NCBI GenBank assembly: GCA_963934015.1
Contig: CAWVWT010000001.1
Location: 120,574 to 184,573, forward strand
From: an uncultured Candidatus Poseidoniales archaeon
GTDB taxonomy: Archaea > Thermoplasmatota > Poseidoniia > Poseidoniales > Thalassarchaeaceae
DNA: 64,000 nucleotides
Reading direction: 5' to 3'
Positions 25,201 through 33,511 of the stretch are shown here, piece after piece. Made by a program: the position numbers and the translations under genes. Numbering within the stretch: position 1 is the stretch's first letter; the number at the start of each line of letters is the position of its first letter. A model generated the notes under the pieces. That model did not search any database and was not told the DNA's origin. It worked only from the letters and a program-made list of their open reading frames with translations.

Positions 25201-28200
25201 GCGAGTGAACTTCGACATGTCACTGGTCGTTACCTTGGATTCGGTGATATCACCTTCAAGGTAATCCATCCTTGCACTGCCACTCATGGCCACATCTTGC
25301 GCGTTACCAGTCATGGTTGTGTCAGACATCGACATCATACCTGAACCGTCGTGGGTAATACCCACGGCGTTATTGTTCAGATTCAATCCGTCAAAGCTCC
25401 AATCAGCATCGTTTGTAGCGAGGACCTTCAGACCACAGTAACCTGCGTTCTGGATGGTTCCACTCAAATCAAGATTCATCGACTTCGATAGAACAACACC
25501 GTCTTGCGACTGGTTGTCTAGGTCAACGTTGCTTAGAACCAACTTCCCACCTGCTGCACTGCCCATGCGGACACCGTAGCGGCCATCATCAACAGTGATC
25601 TGGTCCATGGTAGCACCTACGCTACCTGAGACGAGAATACCCTCATTCACCGGGTTGGTGATGGTGATATCACTGAAGGCACCGGATGCGATGTCGCCAC
25701 CGATATCAATACCAGTATCTGCACCGGTGATTTGGCCGTTACTGATATCTGCAGTACCGAAGTCACGACTGTAATCCTTACTCAATAGATCAGTAATCGT
25801 GCTGCCCGCGCGGACAGTGATGTCCAAGCGGTCTTGGTAGTAGTCTGCACCGTAGTGGACCATGTCCACGTACATGACAACCTGCTCGATGCTTGAGCTG
25901 CTGGTGTCAACAACCGGGTAAGTCATTCGATATCCTGCTGGCACTGGTGTTGCTGGACCGTATGCGTAACTCTGGCATACGTTGTAGCTACCCCACATTC
26001 CGTTGAATCCTTCAGGAGGAGCAAATGCTGTTCCTGCGTGGTAGAAGCTAGGCCAGTAACTACCCCAATACATGTATGGATAGTAGTTGGTGCTCGCCGT
26101 TACGCCAGGTACACTCTCGATTCGGAATCCGAATTCGTTCGGCTCGTTGTTGTAGTTACCATTCATTGTGTACGCTCCGCCGCCGTAGGCGACGAAGTAG
26201 TAGTAATACGAATACTGGTAGGAACCACCTGGGTTGTACTTGTAACCGTAAAGGTTGCAATCCCAAATCGGTGCACCACCGCGGGCGCCGCTCTCGTAAG
26301 TGGCGACACCGCCGGTACCCGATGCTGGGTCATTTGCGCTGTACGGATAGTAACCGGTTACACTCGAGTCAGTGACGTTGTTCAGGCCTGTGCCATCACC
26401 GTCATCGACTGCGATTCGCCAGCGATCTGTGGTCATGAAGTACTTACCGTAGTACGAACCGCGAGCTGGATCCGAGTTACCGCCACCATACACGATGTTG
26501 GTACCAAGTTGCACGTAGTTGTTGTTCTTCGCAAACGAAGTAATGTCAATTGCGTACGTGTTCCAACCTGCACTCTGACCGCTAAGGATGGTCGAGCGGT
26601 ACAGAGTTGGTAGACTCATACCACCATCGACGACCATACCGACTGTGTTGTCAGTCAGAGTAAATCCATCGATGGTTGGTGCTGCGTCAGTCACCTCAAT
26701 GCCCACTGCCGAGTTCTTGACAAGGACGTTTGAGAGGCTGCTCGCTGCCGTGTTCGTCATTCGAATACCGATACCCGAATTGACGTTTTGCACACCAGCA
26801 TTGTTGATAATCAACGTACCACCATCGACATCGATAGTTGCTGTGGATGCTGCAGCGTTTGGACTGCCATAGACAGTCGAACCGTTGCGCATCTCCACAA
26901 TGCCACCGTCGCCGACCGCAAGGCCGCCGTTCATGTCGCGGATTGAACCTGCATCAATGGTCAACTGACCATTGCTGGTTATGTCCATCTCCCACCCATA
27001 TACACTGGACTGAGCCTTGATGTGACCGAAGTCACCATCGTGCTCACTGATGAGCAACTCAGCACCATTTAGCAATGTGATGGTTGGATTGTTGGCTGAT
27101 GTAACGTTCATGCGTAGCGAAGTTCCCTGAAGGTGTACACTGCATCCGTCCAAGACCATGTCCGCGGACAAGGTGATGATTTGACGGGTGTAGGTGTAGT
27201 ATCCATTCAGTGACGATGCCGAATCGTTGTTGCTGAAGAACGTACAGTCCTTGGTTGCGCCACCGAAGTCCATCGGGAATGCCTCAAGCTGGAGGTAAAC
27301 GTGTGATCCAACCTCAAGAGGTAGGTCACTCGATGGGAAATCCGGGTTGTGGCTTGCTGTGTACCATAGGTCCGTTGGTGTCGTGACGTTCTGACCTGCA
27401 CCACCCGCTGCACGGAGGGTATGGTCAGTGTACGATGCCGAGGAACTGGTTGCACCAGTGTTGTCACGCTCGTAAAGGTCTGTGACTAGCCAAACGTTTG
27501 CTGCTCCAGCGCCATCAGTCCTGCTGGTGCCGATTTCGAACAATTCTGTGCCTGAGCTGTCGTGAACCGCTGCTGCAACGTTGTGGTTTGCCTGGAAGGC
27601 GTTACCACTGTTACCTGAACGATAAACTGAGACGGTTCCAACGCCACCGAAGTAAATCTTGGCGGAACTGGAGGCTGCGTCGACCCAGCAGACCGATGTG
27701 TCGGCTTCATTGTTGGAATCGAGACAATCGTTACCATCGAAGTTCACATCAATCAAGCGGATGTCACCGTTTGTTCCAGCGCTTGCAAGGTTATTGCCCC
27801 AGCTGGTCATACCTGTTATGGTCATCTCAGCGACTGTCAGAACACTGTTACGCGCGTACGCGTAGTTACTGTTGCTCGAGTCACCAGCCATTGTACCATC
27901 TGAAATGGTCACAACGTTGCTGCTAGCTGACGATGCGCAGTTTGCACTGACCCATGCGTCTTGAGAACCATCACCGAGATTTACATCACTGAGAGTTACC
28001 CTCCAACCACAACCATTGATTGTGATTCCGGATGCACCAACAGAGTCTCCAGAGACCATGTTTGAACTTGGTGCGGTACCCGACAGTTGTAGGGCGCCTC
28101 CAAGATCGACATTGTCCATGCTTGCTGGCTGTGTGCGTGCCATTGTAAGGCCGCCATCAGCGCTGACACCATCCATGGTCCATCCTGTTGCACCAATTGC

Positions 28201-31200
28201 TGGGCTGCTTGCGCCCGCAGGTGTTACAGTGTAACCATTCGAGTCACCCGTACTGTCGACTTCTTCCATGTGGAGGCTGTCGGTTGCGTGGGTTGTGGCT
28301 GCAGCAAGATAGTTGCTGATGTCTACATTGTATGCGTAGAAGTCAGTACCACTGGTTGCAGTTCCAGTCTGGGCGACGCCCGTACCGGTCTGCTGCCATG
28401 AGAATCCACTGCTAGCATCCACGGTGACGTTGGACAGCCATAGGCTGTCTGCCTCGCCGATGATACCGTTGACGGCTGCATTGGTAATGTCGACGTTTTC
28501 CATCACGATTGTTGAACCATCGCCCGTATTGACTGCGCCTTGGCCAGCGTATCCGTGCGTGTTACAATTAGTGGCGGAGCCACCAACCCAAGTTAGTGTT
28601 GCGTCATCTGGTAGATCGACACAGGAGTCAGCACTGTTTGAGATGCTGACACCGGATAGGTCGAATCCTGTACCTTGACCACTGCCGTGCTTGATTGCCG
28701 TTCCAACATTGTTGAAGGTAACATCACTCATTGTGAAGTTCCCAGCATTGCCGTTGTAGTGAGGGGCTGCGCCGTTGCGGCTGCCCGCACTGATGGCAGT
28801 TGTCAGGTTTTCGAAGTTCACGTGGGTGAACGTGTGGCGGTCATCATTGCCAGCACTGCATCCACCGTTGGTGAATGCTAGGCCCTGTGCATAGTTGGTA
28901 CCCATGTTGGTAATTGTAACCGGGTTGGTTGAGTTTCCATCAACCATCAACTTGTTGCACGCACCAGTAAACGCGATACCCTTGCCCTCAGCAATCTGGA
29001 CTTCAACACCAGGCATGATCGTTAGATCTGCACTGACGGATAGCCAGTCGCCGCTGGATGGGTTCACACGGATTGGGCTCTGTTCGATATCCCAAATCGT
29101 TGGTGTGGTAATGTCCGAGGTTACGTCCATACCTGATCCATCGAATGGAATCAGCTTCGAGCGGATACTGCACTCTGAACCAGAGTTGTAGTAGCAGTAG
29201 TATGCTGCGTAGTAGCCCCACCATGGTGCAAGATCGACGTTATTCACATACGTACCTGAACTTGGCAGGGTTGGCATGGTCGTTCCCCAGTTTGAGCTCA
29301 TCATCTGTGCACTGTTGGTTGAACTCGAAGTACTGAACTGCATTGCACCGTGGCGGATTGCGTGGATCTTGTGACCCTGCGTACCGTTGAAGGTGCTACC
29401 AAAGTATTCGAACTCGAAATCGTTTGGTAGGTCAATGACCGTACTGCAGTCACCGCGATACTGTGTGAAGTAACGTGTGCAGTAGTACGTGTATGGGTTG
29501 CCGTTGCTGCTGCCGGTAAATTCTTCGTTGTAGTTAAACAACTCAGTCATTCCTGCAGAGTACGTCTCGTAGCCATAGTCGTTGCCATCAGTAGCAATAC
29601 GGAAGTTATTGGCAAATGGATTTTGGCCACCAATGTATCCTGCTCCGCGCGTACGTAGTTGCTCACCAACATTGGCTGCCGGGTTTTGGAAGCCAATGTA
29701 CTGGTAATCGTAGTACGCGCTACTGCTCGTGTCATACTCGAATTCGACCTCGTTGGTGACATCATACAGGCGGACCTGATAATTGACATTGTAACCGGAG
29801 TTGAATCCAGCTGTCATGTCGTGCCACTCAAGAACGAAGATCTTGGTCGGTGTTGCGATGTCGTAGGTGAAGGAACTGGTGTTTTCCCAGTTGCCATTGT
29901 TGTCCACAGCGCTGATTGTGTATTCGACGGAGTTTCCACGGTCTGTACCGGGGATACTTGTCGACCACTTACAAGCAGTCATCACACAAGCACTGCGGGA
30001 TGAATCTGGTGTCATGGAACGTGTTGTCCATGCTGACCAAGAGCCCGCATCTGCATCGTAGATTCGATAGTCCATGGATGGACCGACTAGGCCGTCACCA
30101 TTGTCTGTTGTATTGGTATTCAGACCTACTGGTGGGTCGCCCGGATCGCCGATTGTCATCGACAACATACGGTCTTCATCAACATAGGTGTCCATCATAC
30201 CAGGGTGGTCAATTTCCGGTGGGAAAGTGTCCGGTGCTGGCTTGATTGAACTGACCTTGGAATTGACTTGCCATCCAGTGTTGACCTTGCCGTCCCATCC
30301 TGGGTTGGACCAACCGTTCCATGCGTAGTTGTACTGGTAGTAGTAGTACGTACCATAGCATGGGTTGGTGTATGTCGAACCTGAATAGGTCGAACGAACG
30401 AACATAATTGGGTTGTTGTTCGTGTTGATACAGAACAAGTTGCGGTTTGCGCTGTTCAGGTTGTATGTTGCGTTCCATGAGAACGCACCGAAGTAACCGG
30501 TGATGTCACCAGGGATTGCAACCTTAACGTAGCCGTCATCTGTGCTGCCGTAGTCTAGACTGGTGTAAACTGTACCTGCACCTTGTGGTTGCTCGATACC
30601 GTTGCCACTCGAAGCCTCATAGCCCATGACGCCCCATCCACCGGATGCGGTGCCATCATGGTACCAGATTACGTCGTGACCGGGACCATCCTTGGCATTC
30701 ATAGCCATGCCAGGGACGTTTACCTTGTCCAAGTTTGCTTGGCAGGTCGTCGATGTGCATACACGTGTTGTGCCTGGGTAGTATCGTAGATCAAGTTGTG
30801 CACTCGTAGAGAAGCAGGACAGAGAGCCCATGCCACAATCCGTTGTGTCGTATTCCATGTGATACTCACGGCTTGGCTCGTAGTAGGTCAACTGCCAGTC
30901 GTAATAGCGCTGTGCACTGTAATACGAGTAGGAGTTCCATCCACTTGCCTTCACTTGCCACTTGCTGTCGCCATCGGCTGCATTGTCGATGGATTCAATC
31001 TCGTAGATCCAAGGTGAACTTGGGTGTGTCTGCATGTTGCTTGGGATACCTGTTCCACCGGCTGGTGTTGTGCCAGTAGTACCCGATACACCACCGTTAG
31101 GTGGGGCTGGGGAGTCACGGTATGCCCAGTAGTATTCCACTTCCGTTGTACCAGTCGCCGGAGCAGACTGGGCTGGGATTGTGGCCTTGAAGTTGCAGGT

Positions 31201-33090
31201 AAGACCTGCTGTGCAGGTACCGAGCGTAGTTGCACTAACGCCGTTCCATGAACCGCCATCAACACGGTAGTACAGGTGGGGTGCTCCTGCACTTGTGGTG
31301 TTGACACCGCTTGCATCGACTGCGCTCATGTACATTGTTCGTGCACCATCGAGGTAGGTGGTCTTACCATCGAACCCAACAGCGTCTGCAATTGGAGCCG
31401 TGGTGTCTGATCCACCTGTGTATGTAATCTCAAGATGAGGCTTGTACGCTGCGCTGGACTGGCAACCGTAGTAGGTGTAGGTGTTCTGAGTACACCAATA
31501 CCACATTGGAGAGTTTCCAGAGGAACGGACAGCGAGACCGAGAATGTTACCGCTGCTGCCTGCACCATTACCGTCAACCGCATCCTGAACATCGGACTCA
31601 CCATTCGAATTCATTGAAATCGATTTGATGCTTCCTGCGTTGTAACCGTAGTAGTAACCAGGGTCACTGATTGTGGTTGAAGCAGATGATGCTGCAGAGT
31701 TTACTGCATATCGGTGGATGTACATACCGGAGCTGTAGGTGTAACTTGCAGGGTCAATCATTGTGCTGCTCTGTGAGTTGCCGCTCTTCATGACTGCAAC
31801 TGTGAAGCTGCGTGAACCAGTTCGGTAACGACCGACGTGGTTCTCAAAATCGACACCTGTCACTGTTGCACCGGATGGCATGGTGTTTGCCAAGTTGAAT
31901 CGGTGAACTGCTGTGCGCTCATAGTGCGAGTACGAAGTCGAACTCGTGCATGTGCTAGCACCGCCACTACCGGTTCCCTTGCAAGTATAGGTGATGAACG
32001 AAGTTGAGTAAGCTCGCTCATAACTGTAAGAAGTCCAACCGTAGTTGACCGTGTACTTGTAGGAGTAATAGGTCGTTGCAGCTGTTACATCGATTGTTGG
32101 GTCGATCATAATCGGGTAAGTACGGTTCTCATCCATCAGCCACTCCGAATCAATCGAAGTGGTGATTTGGACGTGTTCGCCGATTTGCATAATGAAATAT
32201 TGACCAATACCTGGTAGAGCATCTGCATCGGATTCGTAAACCAGAGGAGCTGGAACTGTTACAAGCAGTTCTCCAGTCTCCACGTTTCGAATTTCAAACT
32301 GCTCATCTGTCTTCAGCACTGCACCCTCTTGTAGAGGACTTGTGCCTTCGAAGACGGAATATCCGTGTGGAAGAAGCATTTCTTCCTGCAGACCAAGCCA
32401 GCCATCAAATTCCTGACCGAAGAACGGCTGGTCACGAATGACCAAGTTCTGCTTGACTTGTGTGCTGGTCACCGTGTAATCCAGAGCAATGCCCTGGCCC
32501 ATCGGATAGCGTAGCACATTGCCAGCTGACTGTACAGGCTCTTCTGTTTCGTCGAGTTCATACATCATCGGATTTGACATGTCGCTCTGCATTTGCACAA
32601 CGACAGGGTTGATACCCATACGGATGGCATCGATGTTGTCATCGACTTGAATTACCACACCGTTATTCATATCAGCCTCGAAGTAAGTGTCGAAGGTGTT
32701 TTCAGTCACCGACCAACCATTTGCTTCCGATTCGATGTTCAGGTCGATCTCTTGCCACGACCCATCATCACCAAGGTAGTGGATTGGATCAGTGGTTACA
32801 ACTGCAACCTTACCCTCGTCCGTCACGTACGTCTTGGAGGTCGCAGTTCGACTTCCGACGAGTTCATTTTCGTCAGCATAGCCAAACTCGGTGAAATCCA
32901 CCGCTGCATATTCCTCCACGTTGAGAGCAAACATATCCACCGCATCATTTGCTTCTGCTTCATCAACCGATGTGGCTGATACAGCGTCGCCTGCAGGTGG
33001 TACCGCTTGGGCCCAACTCATTCCTATCATCAATAGCGTGAGCAACAGCCAACTGCCGCCCAACACCTTCTTGTTTTGTTTTGTCACCAT
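19285..33090 (-). CDS. Giant (~4600 aa) secreted cell-surface protein with parallel beta-helix-type repeats, Tyr/Asn/Thr/Gly-rich regions and C-terminal cadherin-like (VNDxP) repeats. A TM anchor with acidic tail runs on into the pilin-like module.
   Basis: A single stop-free frame spans 13.9 kb. The likely start is ATG 33090 (MVTKQNKKVLGGSWLLLTLLMIGMSWAQA signal peptide); the track start at 33261 is a TTG with a non-signal extension. Beta-helix-like repeats include NAVGITHDGSGMM. Cadherin-like hallmarks are LTVTDSDGLSATQTMEVGIWNVNDAPE and VNPVNDQPQI. The C-terminus has ..FAPGLMAVSLVGAFVGALLMGSRREEDEEEL.., then pilin. Confidence 0.8.
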   Translation of the reverse strand: MVTKQNKKVLGGSWLLLTLLMIGMSWAQAVPPAGDAVSATSVDEAEANDAVDMFALNVEEYAAVDFTEFGYADENELVGSRTATSKTYVTDEGKVAVVTTDPIHYLGDDGSWQEIDLNIESEANGWSVTENTFDTYFEADMNNGVVIQVDDNIDAIRMGINPVVVQMQSDMSNPMMYELDETEEPVQSAGNVLRYPMGQGIALDYTVTSTQVKQNLVIRDQPFFGQEFDGWLGLQEEMLLPHGYSVFEGTSPLQEGAVLKTDEQFEIRNVETGELLVTVPAPLVYESDADALPGIGQYFIMQIGEHVQITTSIDSEWLMDENRTYPIMIDPTIDVTAATTYYSYKYTVNYGWTSYSYERAYSTSFITYTCKGTGSGGASTCTSSTSYSHYERTAVHRFNLANTMPSGATVTGVDFENHVGRYRTGSRSFTVAVMKSGNSQSSTMIDPASYTYSSGMYIHRYAVNSAASSASTTISDPGYYYGYNAGSIKSISMNSNGESDVQDAVDGNGAGSSGNILGLAVRSSGNSPMWYWCTQNTYTYYGCQSSAAYKPHLEITYTGGSDTTAPIADAVGFDGKTTYLDGARTMYMSAVDASGVNTTSAGAPHLYYRVDGGSWNGVSATTLGTCTAGLTCNFKATIPAQSAPATGTTEVEYYWAYRDSPAPPNGGVSGTTGTTPAGGTGIPSNMQTHPSSPWIYEIESIDNAADGDSKWQVKASGWNSYSYYSAQRYYDWQLTYYEPSREYHMEYDTTDCGMGSLSCFSTSAQLDLRYYPGTTRVCTSTTCQANLDKVNVPGMAMNAKDGPGHDVIWYHDGTASGGWGVMGYEASSGNGIEQPQGAGTVYTSLDYGSTDDGYVKVAIPGDITGYFGAFSWNATYNLNSANRNLFCINTNNNPIMFVRSTYSGSTYTNPCYGTYYYYQYNYAWNGWSNPGWDGKVNTGWQVNSKVSSIKPAPDTFPPEIDHPGMMDTYVDEDRMLSMTIGDPGDPPVGLNTNTTDNGDGLVGPSMDYRIYDADAGSWSAWTTRSMTPDSSRSACVMTACKWSTSIPGTDRGNSVEYTISAVDNNGNWENTSSFTYDIATPTKIFVLEWHDMTAGFNSGYNVNYQVRLYDVTNEVEFEYDTSSSAYYDYQYIGFQNPAANVGEQLRTRGAGYIGGQNPFANNFRIATDGNDYGYETYSAGMTELFNYNEEFTGSSNGNPYTYYCTRYFTQYRGDCSTVIDLPNDFEFEYFGSTFNGTQGHKIHAIRHGAMQFSTSSSTNSAQMMSSNWGTTMPTLPSSGTYVNNVDLAPWWGYYAAYYCYYNSGSECSIRSKLIPFDGSGMDVTSDITTPTIWDIEQSPIRVNPSSGDWLSVSADLTIMPGVEVQIAEGKGIAFTGACNKLMVDGNSTNPVTITNMGTNYAQGLAFTNGGCSAGNDDRHTFTHVNFENLTTAISAGSRNGAAPHYNGNAGNFTMSDVTFNNVGTAIKHGSGQGTGFDLSGVSISNSADSCVDLPDDATLTWVGGSATNCNTHGYAGQGAVNTGDGSTIVMENVDITNAAVNGIIGEADSLWLSNVTVDASSGFSWQQTGTGVAQTGTATSGTDFYAYNVDISNYLAAATTHATDSLHMEEVDSTGDSNGYTVTPAGASSPAIGATGWTMDGVSADGGLTMARTQPASMDNVDLGGALQLSGTAPSSNMVSGDSVGASGITINGCGWRVTLSDVNLGDGSQDAWVSANCASSASSNVVTISDGTMAGDSSNSNYAYARNSVLTVAEMTITGMTSWGNNLASAGTNGDIRLIDVNFDGNDCLDSNNEADTSVCWVDAASSSAKIYFGGVGTVSVYRSGNSGNAFQANHNVAAAVHDSSGTELFEIGTSRTDGAGAANVWLVTDLYERDNTGATSSSASYTDHTLRAAGGAGQNVTTPTDLWYTASHNPDFPSSDLPLEVGSHVYLQLEAFPMDFGGATKDCTFFSNNDSASSLNGYYTYTRQIITLSADMVLDGCSVHLQGTSLRMNVTSANNPTITLLNGAELLISEHDGDFGHIKAQSSVYGWEMDITSNGQLTIDAGSIRDMNGGLAVGDGGIVEMRNGSTVYGSPNAAASTATIDVDGGTLIINNAGVQNVNSGIGIRMTNTAASSLSNVLVKNSAVGIEVTDAAPTIDGFTLTDNTVGMVVDGGMSLPTLYRSTILSGQSAGWNTYAIDITSFAKNNNYVQLGTNIVYGGGNSDPARGSYYGKYFMTTDRWRIAVDDGDGTGLNNVTDSSVTGYYPYSANDPASGTGGVATYESGARGGAPIWDCNLYGYKYNPGGSYQYSYYYYFVAYGGGAYTMNGNYNNEPNEFGFRIESVPGVTASTNYYPYMYWGSYWPSFYHAGTAFAPPEGFNGMWGSYNVCQSYAYGPATPVPAGYRMTYPVVDTSSSSIEQVVMYVDMVHYGADYYQDRLDITVRAGSTITDLLSKDYSRDFGTADISNGQITGADTGIDIGGDIASGAFSDITITNPVNEGILVSGSVGATMDQITVDDGRYGVRMGSAAGGKLVLSNVDLDNQSQDGVVLSKSMNLDLSGTIQNAGYCGLKVLATNDADWSFDGLNLNNNAVGITHDGSGMMSMSDTTMTGNAQDVAMSGSARMDYLEGDITESKVTTSDMSKFTRLRALDIQITADGSGVDDAPVKILDADNMAVDSGRTDSNGDIIGMSFVVWSKDSSGITSPNLAGYQLVTIATIAYTSGSVIDIRYAMNTISLSDAPGNTANTALTASIDARTCYSYSTTSYDLQAACTGLNYRSDRTVDNVHEIGYYNSENDMSNMIIQMDTPFNYFDIGSGSVSLNGSTVFTTGCSNGQVQMYTVYPYTGHVYMDDTTIISMCDKGAVKGHFRVGYSGTSNYGNFHINNSNLLGLEAIGTGSGYYQNNGDLEVTNSLLVHYDSATNIPNGASSVYYDDMCIQTAGYDDVVISGNTMVNCGVGVFVPSNYYATNTYYGGNGQRNLVVSDNSMEDCANLCMWFYLNANSHDPIVSGNTMSSLSGYTVYTQDYTVFGLNLENNTLSSDNPIYMRGARDWAIMNNHITGDSDASHACIYALAGSGTIEGNTCLDADGGIAISGITSGNDVYINDNTIGFSAGRLPTSAIGIYLDACGLDEVFMANNVVSTVMNAVNSDGCTVTDNNSVYTGLGGGAGRIHNVDIQQSTYSPAHLTSICTGDSVRWTSRAYGSTNTPHTTTSDAGQAESWDSGTMNLGSSFVHQFTNAGNFTYFSSTVTTMTGSVNVADCQGNNLQTTGIDILGSGDDITLNGVMVTGYGLGLAMEGGDLHMAGGTTILGDATAVEVTNVDVSTNGATVVANGTYGVGLNAVTESGFHDLDMTGLSVNAAVGVLADGHDDFRWNGGLAQGHTVLKTINGATGSIENMSGIHNYNHPLYGLMEIPLMWEDTYSCYSADPAWIAANMGSCGGVATQINAGPFSTVTSIGNGVLNNGSMISQWMPSKLTVDADAIVHEGNLLDLTVLHMGNPATDVGLYIRSLSMATNYATGEQVAVPGGRAEYVSPSWRSSPGRTITVDGILWDWLGTNMLNEADDMMPGAVAVNATTQAHMRVTWDSNYMFVALVGPTFVTTDGLFYLDTAPGGSSTGDNWHSQHTLPIKADYMLWMEDLNNWGLRKVMPTGNWVDVTSSCPQITSSIFMGNPYTTTPVSEFRVPWDCLGNPTEDVRWIAMVQWDSPFGQDGQVAGVFPEQPFNATTTSGQTFGQFGNFNLVGGDLADGTLDDHLLLLRSYVGTGSAPGDPHAYQIMVKVRNAEGDYWDWDDSVAPLVMTTNQDITIDIMRAKPIIENLVDVSYDEDSGSHTITLTDKGSDYQDASSGLMWSVTDASTNSHSYPTPYDYSLAGQTLGVDTLENQFGGHRLQLTVTDSDGLSATQTMEVGIWNVNDAPEICNTNRFDCQPVFYDDGDGNLNVHDENFNGLITKELGDTSNATRSYVVDMANEQSQTDWNTESVPQIYTWTEDEGTCVPFASDIGSNVLTIAENTLNEAGGDCDIVLSLTDNANANAEASDVTVNFIVNPVNDQPQILDFDANNNQFVEVANGNMELDWMWEVTEDDEDASNLTWDLSRLMADNDHPVDQLMWSVEETSLCVYENYFSITVDNDDDTISIDLIDDAATNAPTTEIDFLQDADGDGVADGGVHQARPASGEYCTVYLWMHDTASAPSHIDYAQSPSGVYEQRSIRETIHIKVTNVEEAKPDYQFCEEAGDCNLNAGQPDNERPGFDFYTIDAVLPGTRVPVDVIITNTGDDPSLYNYGHDVQVRFYVDDNPTLIQEQITLSWDAGEVPGIGETTVINGYVTLNNPSEQVRAFIEVRTINPHTDDYIDNSIRRPVLEEKNWEDNNMTTDDTAQELPQMVRLRPATSVASFAPGLMAVSLVGAFVGALLMGSRREEDEEELMESLSDDDAAVSPVIATILLVAITVVLSGVIYVWANSLASDAGGKATPRLTFGPEAVIDDPQGNLYWNINVQTHDNELATQAVYVVVQWTDEAGTVHSERTSLANPDGVYGFAPSSSSALVTYKDSIDCNVDCSAGFGASDEIRIRMVDPTSGETIENAQVTLQYAPAGGTAVILMTFAAQYNPPSLKAVF
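19288..19860 (-). CDS. PilA-type archaeal type IV pilin-like module (191 aa), in frame with and read through from the giant upstream ORF
   Basis: Internal ATG at 19860 preceded by purine-rich GAGGAAGACGAAGAGGAACTC. The sequence MESLSDDDAAVSPVIATILLVAITVVLSGVIYVWANSL closely matches Haloferax PilA prepilin N-termini (..[32 protein letters not shown]..). A ~150-aa beta-rich domain follows. Confidence 0.5.
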
Positions 33091-33423
33091 TCTAGATACC
33101 CCAGAGTGTCCTATGAACAGATGTTCGACGTTCTGACGCAGATATAACCGTATGGGTGCAAACTCTTTGATTATCCAATTCTGTTCGGTAAACTGCGTAG
33201 GAATTATTGAGTGCCTGAAATGCCCAATAATTAGTGGTACAAACAATTTGTAACAATCCAAAAGATGAGGGGGGTTTCCAATGGCAATTACAAAATAAAT
33301 GATGATTTGAACGAATTAGAGGGAATTAAATTAATCACTAATCCGGCTCGCAGTAAGCCAGATTACCTCGCGAATAATGTCGGAGCTTCGGGTTTTCCAG
33401 ATCATATTCGAATTACCTGAAAC

Positions 33424-33461
33424 GAAAAAAAGGACCGGGCCCCCGTAGGGGGCCCGGTCCA
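33424..33461 (-). terminator. Intrinsic-terminator-like element: a perfect 13-bp GC hairpin followed by T7 on the minus strand, about 50 nt downstream of the 33512 gene stop
   Basis: Plus strand reads AAAAAAA-GGACCGGGCCCCC-GTA-GGGGGCCCGGTCC. On the coding (minus) strand the hairpin is followed by TTTTTTTCG. Confidence 0.6.
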
Positions 33462-33511
33462 GGTCACCGTCTCAAGGACGGGTCATGTTTTCTTTCGAGG
33501 TTCTAGGGATT

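Noticed and set aside
26038-26613. 191-aa plus-strand ORF (and several similar 60-140-aa ORFs) inside the giant gene
   Set aside because: These are antisense or alternative-frame ORFs within a 13.9-kb stop-free coding frame. They are expected by chance in GC-rich, low-stop-frequency sequence.
33091-33261. N-terminal 57-codon extension of the giant ORF (track start at a TTG codon)
   Set aside because: The extension (LDCYKLFVPLIIGHFRH...) is non-acidic and has no Met. It would bury the clear signal peptide that begins at ATG 33090. It is more likely 5'-UTR or promoter sequence.
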